Positions 37,469 to 48,688 of a stretch of DNA of 64,000 nt are shown piece by piece; within the stretch, counting starts at the first letter, position 1, and the number at the start of each line of letters is the position of its first letter. The notes under the pieces were generated by a model. It made no database searches and was not told the DNA's origin. It saw only the letters and a list, made by a program, of their open reading frames with translations. This DNA is from Eledone cirrhosa (Eukaryota): positions 125,178,001 to 125,242,000 of the forward strand of contig OZ024740.1 in assembly GCA_964016885.1 (NCBI GenBank), in the 5' to 3' direction. Position numbers and translations under genes: made by a program.

Positions 37469-40400
37469 CCGATTGATAATTTTGATTCACATTTCATTTT
37501 TAGTAACATTTATTTATTTTTGGGGCAGTTGATGTTTATCAATTATATTATTGATTGTTCAGTATAATATGCTAACTGAGGACTCTCTCTTTTCAAACCT
37601 AATCAACATCAGTCTGCAACAATTGATTCCAATAAATAGAGTTAATATCATCTTTAAAATGATTACCAAAAGTAAAAAGAAAAAAATGTTTTTAATCTCT
37701 AATGAATATTATTTTTTTTCTATAAATATTCGTATTTTTAGCTTTAGGTAGAATTAAAATGGAAGGTAACTGACCTGAATGACTGCATGCAACATTTCAT
37801 ATATGAGATTTGCAATTATTTGATTAATAAAAATAATTTTGATAACATAGTTATAAATATGATTAATTCTAGTTGATAAGATAATGAAAGGTAAAAGACA
37901 ATTATTAATCAGTAGAGATTGTCATCATCACTATCGTTATTACTTCAGATTTAAATTTCTTCACAAGAATTACATATGCTAGACAAATGTGTTTTACAAT
38001 TTTTGATACATTTTGATCTTTATTTATGGCTTAGTAGGAAAGAAAAAACAAGTGCCTATGAACTTTTTCAGGGCCTATAAAACTGGTGGAAGGAAGAGAG
38101 AAAGTTATCCTCAGACCTGACCTGAAAGTTTGCAGCAGAGTGGATTTAGCAAACCACATCTAAGAATCAGATGATAGTGTTACAGCAGGCAACAGGTTGA
38201 CCTCCCCAGCCCCAATAGAAACAGTCGCTCTAACAAGGTTTTTCATAGTTTTTCAAATTCATTCACAAGACATTTGTCAATCTGAGACAATAGTAGAAGA
38301 CATGTGCATAAGATTTTAGTAAACTTCTTAACCACATAGCCATGTCAACACTGATTATGCTTCCATGACCCAATTATTGACACTGTTCCAGTGTATCTAA
38401 CTTTGACATTTAATAATAATATATAATACTATTACAAAATAAAGCTAAAATACACATGTATTTCTGCTAGCATCACCAATGAATAAACTGCATTGAAAGT
38501 TTTGGTTCTTTCTCACTATATTGGCTTCTTCATATCTTTGTTTATTATGGAAGCTGTTTACAATACAGCACAAGTATTGGGTGTCTGTTTACATTTTCCT
38601 AACATATTGTATTAAAACCGCTTTCTGAGTTGTGTCTGCTTATACTTTAAATATCAAGAATATTTACACTTTCCCATTTTTCTAAATGATATATTCTTTA
38701 CAACTTCACTATAGATTACACAACACAGTCCTTTGAGACCCAGTTCTAAATATCAGTTAAATTGTTTTGGAGAAAAGGATAACAATTTGATGAACACATG
38801 AAAAATACAATAGAGGAATCAAAGATTTGAGACCTGAAGCTGAAATGGTTCCAGCTAAGCATCAGTCTCAATGTTAGTGGAACAGTATGTAAATAGAATT
38901 ATAAGAGAAGAGTAGATAATTTTGGAAAAGTGGAAAAAGATAAGTTATCAGAAAGCTAAGTCCCAGATTTAATTAATAAGGAGGAAATCAAAGAGATTTA
39001 CCATTACATTAACACAATGTGATTAGATGAATCACAAGGCTCTTAGCTGAAGTGTAAATACTCTTGCTCTCAAAACAGAAAAGAGTCATGGAAATATAAG
39101 AAGTTAAATAAAGTAAAGAAGTATTGTGGGTTTGGATACCAAATTGGTAGAGCTTCAGATAAAATCATCATCATCACAATTTTATGTCTGATTTTCATGC
39201 TTGCATTGGTTTGATGGGTCTTTTTCCAGCACTGCATCCACCATCTCATCGCAGTCAAACAGTCTGGCTATGAGATGCAGATTTGAGATCATCTCTCACA
39301 ACCTCTGCCCAAGTTTTCCTTGGCCTTGCTCTACTCTAGCTCCCTCCTACTGAGATTTGTTGGCACTTCACCCAATGATTATCATCCATAGGCAACATAT
39401 GACCATACCTGTACAGTCTTCTCTCTAAAACATTAAATCTCATTCCTCTTATATCCAAACTCTCTGGCAGCTCATCCTGATTTATATATAATTAGTCTTT
39501 GTTGTCTACTTATTTTGTATTCTGTTTATTGATGGCAATGAGGAGTTAAGGATTTCATGGAGGGGATGATGGCCAAAAACGCTTGTAGATCCCTGTATTA
39601 AACCATGAATTATAACCTGTTTACATTTTTGTTCTCTTTATGACTTACCTATTCTTTATGAGTGAACTCTCTCTATCCCAGAAATTCTAGTGTAACTCAT
39701 CTGTAAGACACTCAGCATTTGTAAAGATCTGTAATTAAATAATAAATAAACTCAAAATTTCTTCTTCTATCATCATCTACTATGTGTGTACTCCATTAAC
39801 AGAACTAGAGATATACTGAAAATCAAATTGCCCTTGTTTTATTGGCCAAGACCGTTTATCAATACTCTAATTATGTGTTATGATATGAATATGCATATTA
39901 TAATTTATTGTAGGTAATATGTTTTGTAACTAAAGACAATAAAGGAGCTTCTATGTGAGAGCACATGTAGAGAAAATTAAGGCTATTTTAGAGTAGCTTC
40001 GACTTTGTATTGCCACTCAATTGTGTCATTCAACAGTATCACTCTCAGTCACAAGAAGTTCCACATTCTGTACCAACACATAGCTTTCCATTGTTTAATC
40101 ATTATCAGACCGTAATGCCAACATCTTTAGCTTAAAAATTACATTTGACTAAATATGCATAGAAGGCTACACTTAACATGGCTATTGTGGTTAGCTATCT
40201 AAAAATAGCCTGTTTATTATCTTGTACTCATGTTTCATGTCACTGTGGCTCATGGCAAAGCTGTTTGGTACAGTGGATTCTCTTCAGCTGGATCCCCATG
40301 ACTGATGCAGTACTTAGCCTTGTTAGTAAGAAAGCTGTTGATTGACTAGGCACTTTTGGAGAAAAACAGGTAATCAGATATCCTATAAGTTTTAAATTAA

Positions 40401-41442
40401 TTCCTTTTTGAAATATCAATTAAATACATATCCTCTCAGGTGGGTAGAAAGATCTCTCTTAATTTTAATCAACATAGTCACACCTGCTGAATAGTCAGTA
40501 AATAATTTCCAATTGTGTAGATCAACACATTCAATCATTAGTGATAGAATTATATTACACCAGTGGACTTAGATTGTGTGTCCTAGAAAATAATATGTTT
40601 CTGATATATTTTCTACATGTTTAATCCGATGTGTTTCCAACTGTTCTTTCACTTTTTATAGGTCCCTATCAATAATAATAAAAACAATAATGGCCAATTT
40701 TCAAATTCAATTAATCATCCAAAAAAACAATACAAATTAATTCACAAAATGGCTGATACCAATTATCTGCCAATTAATTAGTAGAACAGCAGTTTTTCAC
40801 ACACCACTCAGGGCTAGTGCTATCATTAAAGCTAACTAGGTAGCTGCCAAGTGTGCAGGCCAGAAAAATGGAGCATTACCATAACCAATAAGTTTTATAT
40901 GAATTTATATGATTACATTACATAGATATATAGGGCTGTAAGAATTTTAAATGTAGGGGTTTGTGTGGTGTTATAAACTGACACATAATTTCAAGTAGGT
41001 AAGTGGGGACTGTAGAGGAAAATGCAAGTTTAGTAATTTCTTTGTATGATCAGAGCAAGAAGTATCAAAAGGTAGGTTTGTGAGCTTACCAGACTAAGTT
41101 AAGATTATTTCATATGGGAGAATGGGGGTATATTTCAAGGCTAGTTTAGTGTGATAAATACCCAAGCAGCATCCCTGACAACAACCATTGTCTATTTGCA
41201 TCATATGTCTACACATTTACAAACATCTCAATTTCTTATATATATATATATGTAGTTAAATCCACCAAAAATTTACGGTAGTGTCCAATCTGTATGAAGA
41301 ACTCAATGTAATCCGGATATCATGAAAAGAGAAGATGCATTCAAAAACTATTTTCGGTGAAAATTAACGGAAAACAGAGTCAAGATAAATTAATAAAGTA
41401 ATGAATAAACAAAGAAACAGTTCCTTATATTAAAAACATTTC

Positions 41443-41578
41443 TCATTTTACGATCGTTTCTAGGATATATATGTGTTAGTATTGGTATGCATATTCTATA
41501 GATCTATGTAAAATATTTATACAAACTATCAGAGGGAATATACATACCTACACATATATATGCTGTCTTCAGAAATAA
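41443..41578 (-). ncRNA. Type I hammerhead in inverted pLTR arm
   Basis: Reverse complement of 44081-44216 with an intact core. Confidence 0.7.
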
Positions 41579-41950
41579 TTGTTTCTACTTTAGGCACAAG
41601 GCCAGCAATTACCCAGTGCATTACTGGTACTTTATTTTATCGACCCCGTAAGGATGAAAGGCAAAGTCAACCTCGGCGGGATTTGAACTCAGATCGTAAA
41701 CGGACGTAACTATGCTGGAAAGCATGGCGTCCGACCCTCTACCGATACTGCCAATCCACCACCCTTCAGAAATAATTGTTTCTACTTTTGGCACAAGGCC
41801 ATAAATTACCCAGTGCATTACTGGTACTTTATTTTATCGACCCCGTAAGGATGAAAGGTAAAGTTAACCTCGGCGGGATTTGAACTCAGATCATAAAGGG
41901 AGGTAACTCTATGCTACAAAGCATGGTGTCCGACCCTCTACCAATACTGC
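41579..41950 (-). mobile_element. Two tandem SINE family A copies (about 41579-41764 full length; about 41778-41950)
   Basis: Minus-strand head ggtggtggattggcagtatcggtagag and B box gagttcaaatcc; each copy is flanked by duplicated attatttctg(aa). Confidence 0.9.
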
Positions 41951-43158
41951 CAGAAATAATGATATTTGTTTATTGAAAAAAACAAAGATTTAATACAATA
42001 GGTCTGTTTGGGAACAGGTTTTGAATTGACCAATAGAAAGATAGAGAAGGTCAAGATAGTAATCGAGTAGTAAAAGAACCTTAATTTATGGGTAGAGGAA
42101 GGTAGATTTCATTTTTGGATGGAAAAGAATATTATGAATGAAAGATTATTTTAGGGATGAAAATAGGTCGTATGCTGACCTCAGAAATAATTATATTTGT
42201 TCATTGAATAAAACCAACAAAGATTTGATGTAGTCTGTCTGTTTGGTAACAGGTTTAGAATTAACCAATAGAAAGTTAATAATTGGCCAAATGGTAAAAT
42301 AGTATTAATTGAAGTTTATTTTAGGGGTAGATGAAGGTAGATTTCAGTTTTGAATGGAGTGTGAGGAATGAGAAGGTTATTTTAGGGGTGAAAATAGATC
42401 AGGTCAGTAAAAGGTATACGAACAGTTGCTGTTATAAAATAGTAATGCCAATGCAAATATCTAAGGAGACTAAAATTTTACGATAAGAGTGTTAGTGAAA
42501 AAAATACATCCATGAAAAGAATATAAATTAATTTAATTGATGGGTATATTTATATTGATAAAATTATACTAATGCATATAGATATGATAAATAAGAGTTA
42601 GATGTAGTTGAAGAGTGCTGTTAAAGATGAGGGGAAATTAAAAGAATATATAATTAATAATTATAGAAAGAGGAATATAGATTATGACCTGACCTGGAGT
42701 GTGCTCAAAAGGGCCACCCCTTATCAAAATAATAGATATGAATGTAGATTATGTTCCCAAGAACTTTTTGAAATAATGAAATCTAAGGATATCCTATTAA
42801 ATAAGCGACAGGAACTAATAATATCGTGTAATCACAAACTGAGAAAAACCTTTAAATATTATAAACCTAATTAATATAATTCTTAGAAATTAATATATAA
42901 ACTGTTTTTAATTTAGTTAACCTATAATTAATATTCTACTACTGATGAACTACATAATTTTACTTTCCTTCTTACAACTATCATTTCCTAAAACTGATAC
43001 CATTAAGTAAACATATATAATGCTTTAATTTCAGGTTATAACTCTATGTTCCTTGAAATCTCTATATATTTATTATAAATTTAATTCTCCCCCCCCCCAA
43101 TAATTATATGTATGTGTATGTATGTATATGTGTATATATATATCTGTATATATGTGTG

Positions 43159-43189
<31 letters not shown>

Positions 43190-43937
43190 ATATATATATG
43201 TATATATATATATATATATATTATTTTTATATTCTTTTAATTTCTCCTCATCTTTAACAGCACTCTTCAACTACATCTAACTCTTATTTATCATATCTAT
43301 ATGCATTAGTATAATTTTATCAATATAAATATACCCATCAATTAAATTAATTTATATTCTTTTCATGGATGTATATTTTTTTCACTAACACTCTTATCGT
43401 AAAATTTTAGTCTCCTTAGATATTTGCATTGGCATTACTATTTTATAACAGCAACTGTTCGTATACCTTTTACTGACCTGATCTATTTTCACCCCTAAAA
43501 TAACCTTCTCATTCCTCACACTCCATTCAAAACTGAAATCTACCTTCATCTACCCCTAGAATAAACTTCAATTACTACTATTTTACCATTTGGCCAATTA
43601 TTAACTTTCTATTGGTTAATTCTAAACCTGTTACCAAACAGACAGACTACATCAAATCTTTGTTGGTTTTATTCAATGAACGAATATAATTATTTCTGAG
43701 GTCAGCATACGACCTATTTTCATCCCTAAGATAATCTTTCATTCATAATATTCTTTTCCATCCAAAAATGAAATCTACCTTCCTCTACCCATAAATTAAG
43801 GTTCTTTTACTACTAGATTACTATCTTGACCTTCACTATCTTTCTATTGGTCAATTCAAAACCTGTTCCCAAACAGACCTATTGTATTAAATCTTTGTTT
43901 TTTTCAATAAACAAATATCATTATTTCTGAAGACAGC

Positions 43938-44079
43938 TTTCCAGCATAGTTACGTCCCTTTACGATCTGAGTTCAAATCCCGCCGAGGTTGACTTTGCCT
44001 TTCATCCTTACGGGGTCGATAAAATAAAGTACCAGTAATGCACTGGGTAATTGCTGGCCTTGTGCCTAAAGTAGAAACA
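43938..44079 (+). mobile_element. SINE family A, 5'-truncated, 18-bp TSD
   Basis: attatttctgaagacagc at 43920-43937 and 44080-44097. Confidence 0.9.
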
Positions 44080-44080
44080 A

Positions 44081-44216
44081 TTATTTCTGAAGACAGCATA
44101 TATATGTGTAGGTATGTATATTCCCTCTGATAGTCTGTATAAATATTTCACATATATCTATAGAATATGCATACCAACACTAACACATATATATCCTAGA
44201 AACGATCGTAAAATGA
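44081..44216 (+). ncRNA. Type I hammerhead with very long stem II
   Basis: ttattt-CTGAAGA-[atatatgtgt...ggtatgtatatt / aatatgcatacc...acacatatat]-GAAA-cgatcg-TA-aaatga; palindromic stem III, GUA site. Confidence 0.7.
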
Positions 44217-44268
44217 GAAATTTTTTTAATATAAGGAACTGTTTCTTTGTTTATTCATTACTTTATTA

Positions 44269-44309
<41 letters not shown>

Positions 44310-44314
<5 letters not shown>

Positions 44315-47300
44315 TCACCTCATGCTGCCGGACGAAAGGGCTAGGCCCTCTGCTCTTTGTTGCGGCCGCGGATGGCCAACATAACCCCAACCCCATCCAC
44401 CTCACCCCTCCCTGCGCCACACCCACCAAACGCAATCCAAAACTTCAGAGTTGGTACCATGAATGTAGGCACCTTAAAAGGCCGCTCTAACGAGGTTGTA
44501 GAAATGCTTGAACGTAAGGAGGTTGATGTGTGCTGTATCCAAGAGACCAGGTGGAGGGGCGGGTCTGCTAGATTCATTGTGGGTAAAAAACGATGCTATA
44601 ATCTTTTCTGGGTGGGAAATGACAATGGGCTGGGTGGGGTAGGAATCATGTTAGCAGAAAAATGGGTGATAAGATAATAGACGTAAATAGAGTGAATGAC
44701 AGAATAATTAAAATAAGACTTGTTCTAAATAGAACTACTGTGACGGTAATATCTGCGTACGCACCCCAATCCCGACTGCCTGGCGCTATAAAAGACAGTT
44801 TGTATGAGACACTGATGCTCACTACCTCTCAAATAACCGACAGTGACTATATAATTATTGCTGGCGACCTAAATGGTCACGTTAGACAACATCGTGACGG
44901 CTATGATGGAATCCACGGAGGCTATGGGTTTGGTGCTAGAAATGAGGCAGGCTCCAGAATCCTGGAATTCTGTGATGCAAATAACCTAACTATCTGTAAC
45001 ACTAACTTCAAAAAACGAGACAATCACTTGATCACCTACAGATCGGGGGAACATACCAGCCAGGAAGATTATATCGTTACCAGAAGACGTGATAGAGTGT
45101 CTGTTGTAAATACTAAATCCCTCCCCCATGAAGAATGCACCTCCCAACATAGACTCATAGTCAGCGACCTCATAGTCAGGACAAGACATACTCGACAACA
45201 GAGGAGGACTATCCTCAGGAGAAAAATATGGAAGCTAAAGGACCCCACAGCCAGTAATAAATTTAAAAGCATATTACTTGATGCTTTTGACAATAAGGAA
45301 GAGCAATTACAGTCGTACAATATAGAGGAACAGTGAGAATTCCTGAAAGCTAACTTGCTGAAGGCGGCAGATGAAGTCTGTGGCTGGAGCAGACCTATAG
45401 GCAGGAGGAGAGTAACGTGGTGGTGGAACAGTAAGGTGGAGGAGTCAATTAAGGCCAAAAAGCAGGCTTGGAAGGTATGGCGGGATGGGGGAAGTAGAGA
45501 AGACTATCAAGTGGCCATGAGGGAAGCTAGGAGACAAGTGTACTTTGCAAGAAGCGAAGCAGAGGAAAGAAAGTTCAAGCATGTTCTACAACGCGAGGGC
45601 CAAAAACGTGAGATGTTCAGGATTGCTAGGCTATGTCAAGGGAAACCGTGATATTGTCGGGGAGAAGTGTGTCCTTAATGATGATGGTGTACTTGCCATC
45701 ACTGACGCTGATAAGAAGGTAGCTCAGAAGTGTCACTACGAAAGGCTACTAAATGAGGAGAATAAATGGGAGAAAGACAGTCTCCCCCATATCGATCCAA
45801 TAGAGGGACCAGTAGTGCTGGTTGAAGGTAGTATAATAAGTAAGGCAATCAAAAATATGAAGACGGGTAAGGCGGCGAGGCGTTCGGAAATAGTTGCTGA
45901 AATGCTGAAAGCATCTGGAATGGTGGGACACACTATGGTCACCCGGATAGTAAACCAAGTCATACAGAATAGGGTCGTTCCGAAGGACTGGCGTAGCAGC
46001 ATCATCATTAACTGCTACAAGGGTAAAGGAGATGCCCTATATAGGGGTAACCATAGAGGCATTAAATTAATCCACCAGGTCATGAAGGTCACGGAAAAAG
46101 TAATAGCGCAACTAATCAGAGAGCGAATTGATCTAGATGAAATGCAGTTCGGGTTTGTGTCAGGTAAAAGTACCACAGATGCTCTTTTCATTGTACGACA
46201 ACTACAGGAGAAGTACCTAGCTAAAAGTAACCCCTATACTTAGCTTTTGTTGACTTGGAGAAAGCCTTTGACAGACTCCCCCCGCTCCATTATCTGGTGG
46301 GCTCTTAGAAAACTAGGTGTTGATGAATGGCTTGTGAGAGCTATGCAAGCCATGTATAAAAAAACAGTCAGCAAGGTTAGAATTAACAAGGAATATAGTG
46401 AAGAGTTTAGCGTAAAGTTTCGTGTTCATCAGGGCTCGGTTCTTAGCCCCCTACTATTTATTATTGCCCTTCAGGCTATAAAAGAGGAGTTCAAGACCGG
46501 CTGCCCATGAGAACTCCTATACGCAGATGATCTAACGCTCATAGCTGAATCAATGACTGGACTAGAGAATAGATTCCAAACATGGAAGCATGGCCTAGAA
46601 TCAAAAGGCCTTAAAATTAACCTGTCTAAGACTAAAGTTCTAGTTTGTAGGAAGGAAAATAGGGTACCGGTCCCATCTGGGAAATGGTCATGCTCGGTGT
46701 GTAGGAAAGGAGTAGGCAGAAACTCCATCTTACGTCCAAAATGCAAAGTATGGGTGCATAAAATATGTAGTGGGATCACAGGTAAGCTAACTAAGAATAT
46801 AGATTTTATATGTGGCCGGTGCTCTGGTGCAATAAGTAGTAGCAAGTGCCGTCACAATAGTAGCTCATTCCATTGCACAGATGGTTCTATAGAAATAGTG
46901 GACACCTTCCGTTACCTGGGTGACAAAATCAGCAGTGGTGGAGGGTGCTCTGAAAGTACAGTAGCTAGAGTTAGAACGGGATGGAAAAAGTTCAGAGAGC
47001 CAGAACAACTTAAATTAAATAGATACGCCTTTAGCCTCGACGTTGTCTCCCTCTACACTACAATCCCCGCTCATCCAGCTGAACTTTTTCCATCCAGCTG
47101 AACTTATACCACTATTGGCCGCTAAAGGGTTCTCTCTAAAAATGAAAGGCAGGCTGTATGATGCCTGCATACGAACAGCAATGTTACATGGCAGTGAGAC
47201 CTGGGCATTGTGTGCAGAGGATATACGCAGACTGGAGAGGAACGAAGCTTGCATGCTCCGCTGGATGTGTAATAGTAATATACGTGAACGGCAAAGCATA

Positions 47301-47967
47301 AACGAACTCAGGGAGAAATTAGGAATAAGAGGGATCAGATGTTGTTTATTCGAGAGAAGACTACGTTTGTACGGTCACGTGATGCGCATGAAAAACGACA
47401 GCTGTATAAAAAAGTGCAGGGCGATAAAAATAGACGGTAGCCACGGAGTAGGCAGACCCAGAAAAAGCTGGAACGACTTGATAAATTCTGACCTCATACA
47501 CTTAAACCTCTCCAAGACAATGTCACTGGACAGAGATCTTTGGCGCTACACAGTAATAGAGAAGACACGCCTTGCCTAAGTGCAAAGCGAAACCTACAGT
47601 CAGTAGGCACCTCTAACCAAAATACACTCCCGTCAAACTACCCCTACCCCATCCACACCACCCCTTTCAATGTAAAGTTATGTTGGTACCACAACATCCA
47701 GTCCGAAACAAATGAGGTCATGTAGGTGTCACGACAAAAAAAAAACACACAGTCCACGCTGTAATGTGGCCGTGTAGGTAACACGGTAAAAACCTCCCAG
47801 TCCACACTGTAAACGTGGTTGGTGTTAGGAAGAGCATCCAGCCGTAGAAAACCCGCCAGACAGTCCTATACGAGCAGGACAACCAATCTTGCCTCAAGTG
47901 GGAACATTCCCGTCCAAACCCATGCGAGCGTGGAAGATGGACGTTAAACGATGATGATGATGATGAT
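44310..47967 (+). mobile_element. Near full-length RTE LINE pseudogene (APE-RT with PHD-like insert)
   Basis: GTMNVGTL, CCIQETRW, ISAYAPQ, AGDLNGHV, SQHRLIV; NHRGIKLI, FVDLEKAFD, VHQGSVLSP, LLYADDL, FRYLG, LHGSETW, GRPRKSW; 3' UTR and (gat)n tail; several stops and frameshifts. Confidence 0.96.
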
Positions 47968-48095
47968 ATACATAGGAAAAGAGTCAGGACATATTTCAAA
48001 GCTAGTTTAGTGTGATAAATACCCAAGCACCATCCCTGACAACAACCATTGTCTATTTGCATCATATGTCTACACCATTACAAAAATCTCAATTT

Positions 48096-48140
<45 letters not shown>

Positions 48141-48143
<3 letters not shown>

Positions 48144-48290
48144 GGAAAAGAGTCAGGACCCCGAAGGCTGAGCTCTGGCTGTTTCAACAGCTAGATCCTA
48201 ACTCTTTTCCTATTACCCGCTCTACTACCCTAAGTATCAAGTACTCTGGTGCGTTATGGGCCACCTGGCTCCTTACCACACTTTCTTTGT
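48141..48290. repeat. Small hairpin-headed repeat embedded in (TA)n; partial inverted copy at 19092-19142
   Basis: ataggaaaagagtcaggacc...gatcctaactcttttcctat closes a stem around ccgaaggctgagctc and gctgtttcaacagc. Confidence 0.6.
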
Positions 48291-48591
48291 TATATATATA
48301 TTTAAATCATATATAAAAAGAAAGGTCTAGGAAGACTTGGGATGAGGTAATAAAAACTGAACTTGCACAATTGCTCCTCCTACCACATTGTCATTTCCTA
48401 CCCAATACAGTTTATATCTAAGTTGGTTTTCCTGTGATTAGTCTCGCTGATGAATTCCGTGTATGTGGATATTAATATATATATACGTACCGGTATGAAT
48501 TTTTAAGATTGTGACCATTGCTACACACCTAGCCTCAGCAAAACTAGGAGGAAGTAATCGATAATACCATCATTTCGCACCTTTTAGCATT

Positions 48592-48685
<94 letters not shown>

Positions 48686-48688
<3 letters not shown>

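Larger units (their letters stand above)
41260..44274 (+). mobile_element. Penelope-like element with inverted pLTR: arms about 41385-42650 and 43227-44274 around a GIY-YIG C-terminal fragment
   Basis: The arms are near-identical reverse complements. The spacer encodes IDYDLTWSVLKRATPYQ...CRLCSQE...LLNKRQELIISCNH. Tail-to-tail pLTRs are typical of Penelope insertions. Confidence 0.9.

Noticed and set aside
39648-39728. Minus-strand exon candidate (ttacag|...|gtaagt)
   Set aside because: Stops in all frames, and the context looks like a repeat remnant.
42608-43270. Paired ORFs starting MKSAVKDE
   Set aside because: Artefact of the inverted arm reading into the GIY-YIG fragment or a microsatellite.
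48440-48520. ctgatga...gaa hammerhead-like remnant
   Set aside because: Stem III and the cleavage triplet are not recoverable; too degenerate to call.
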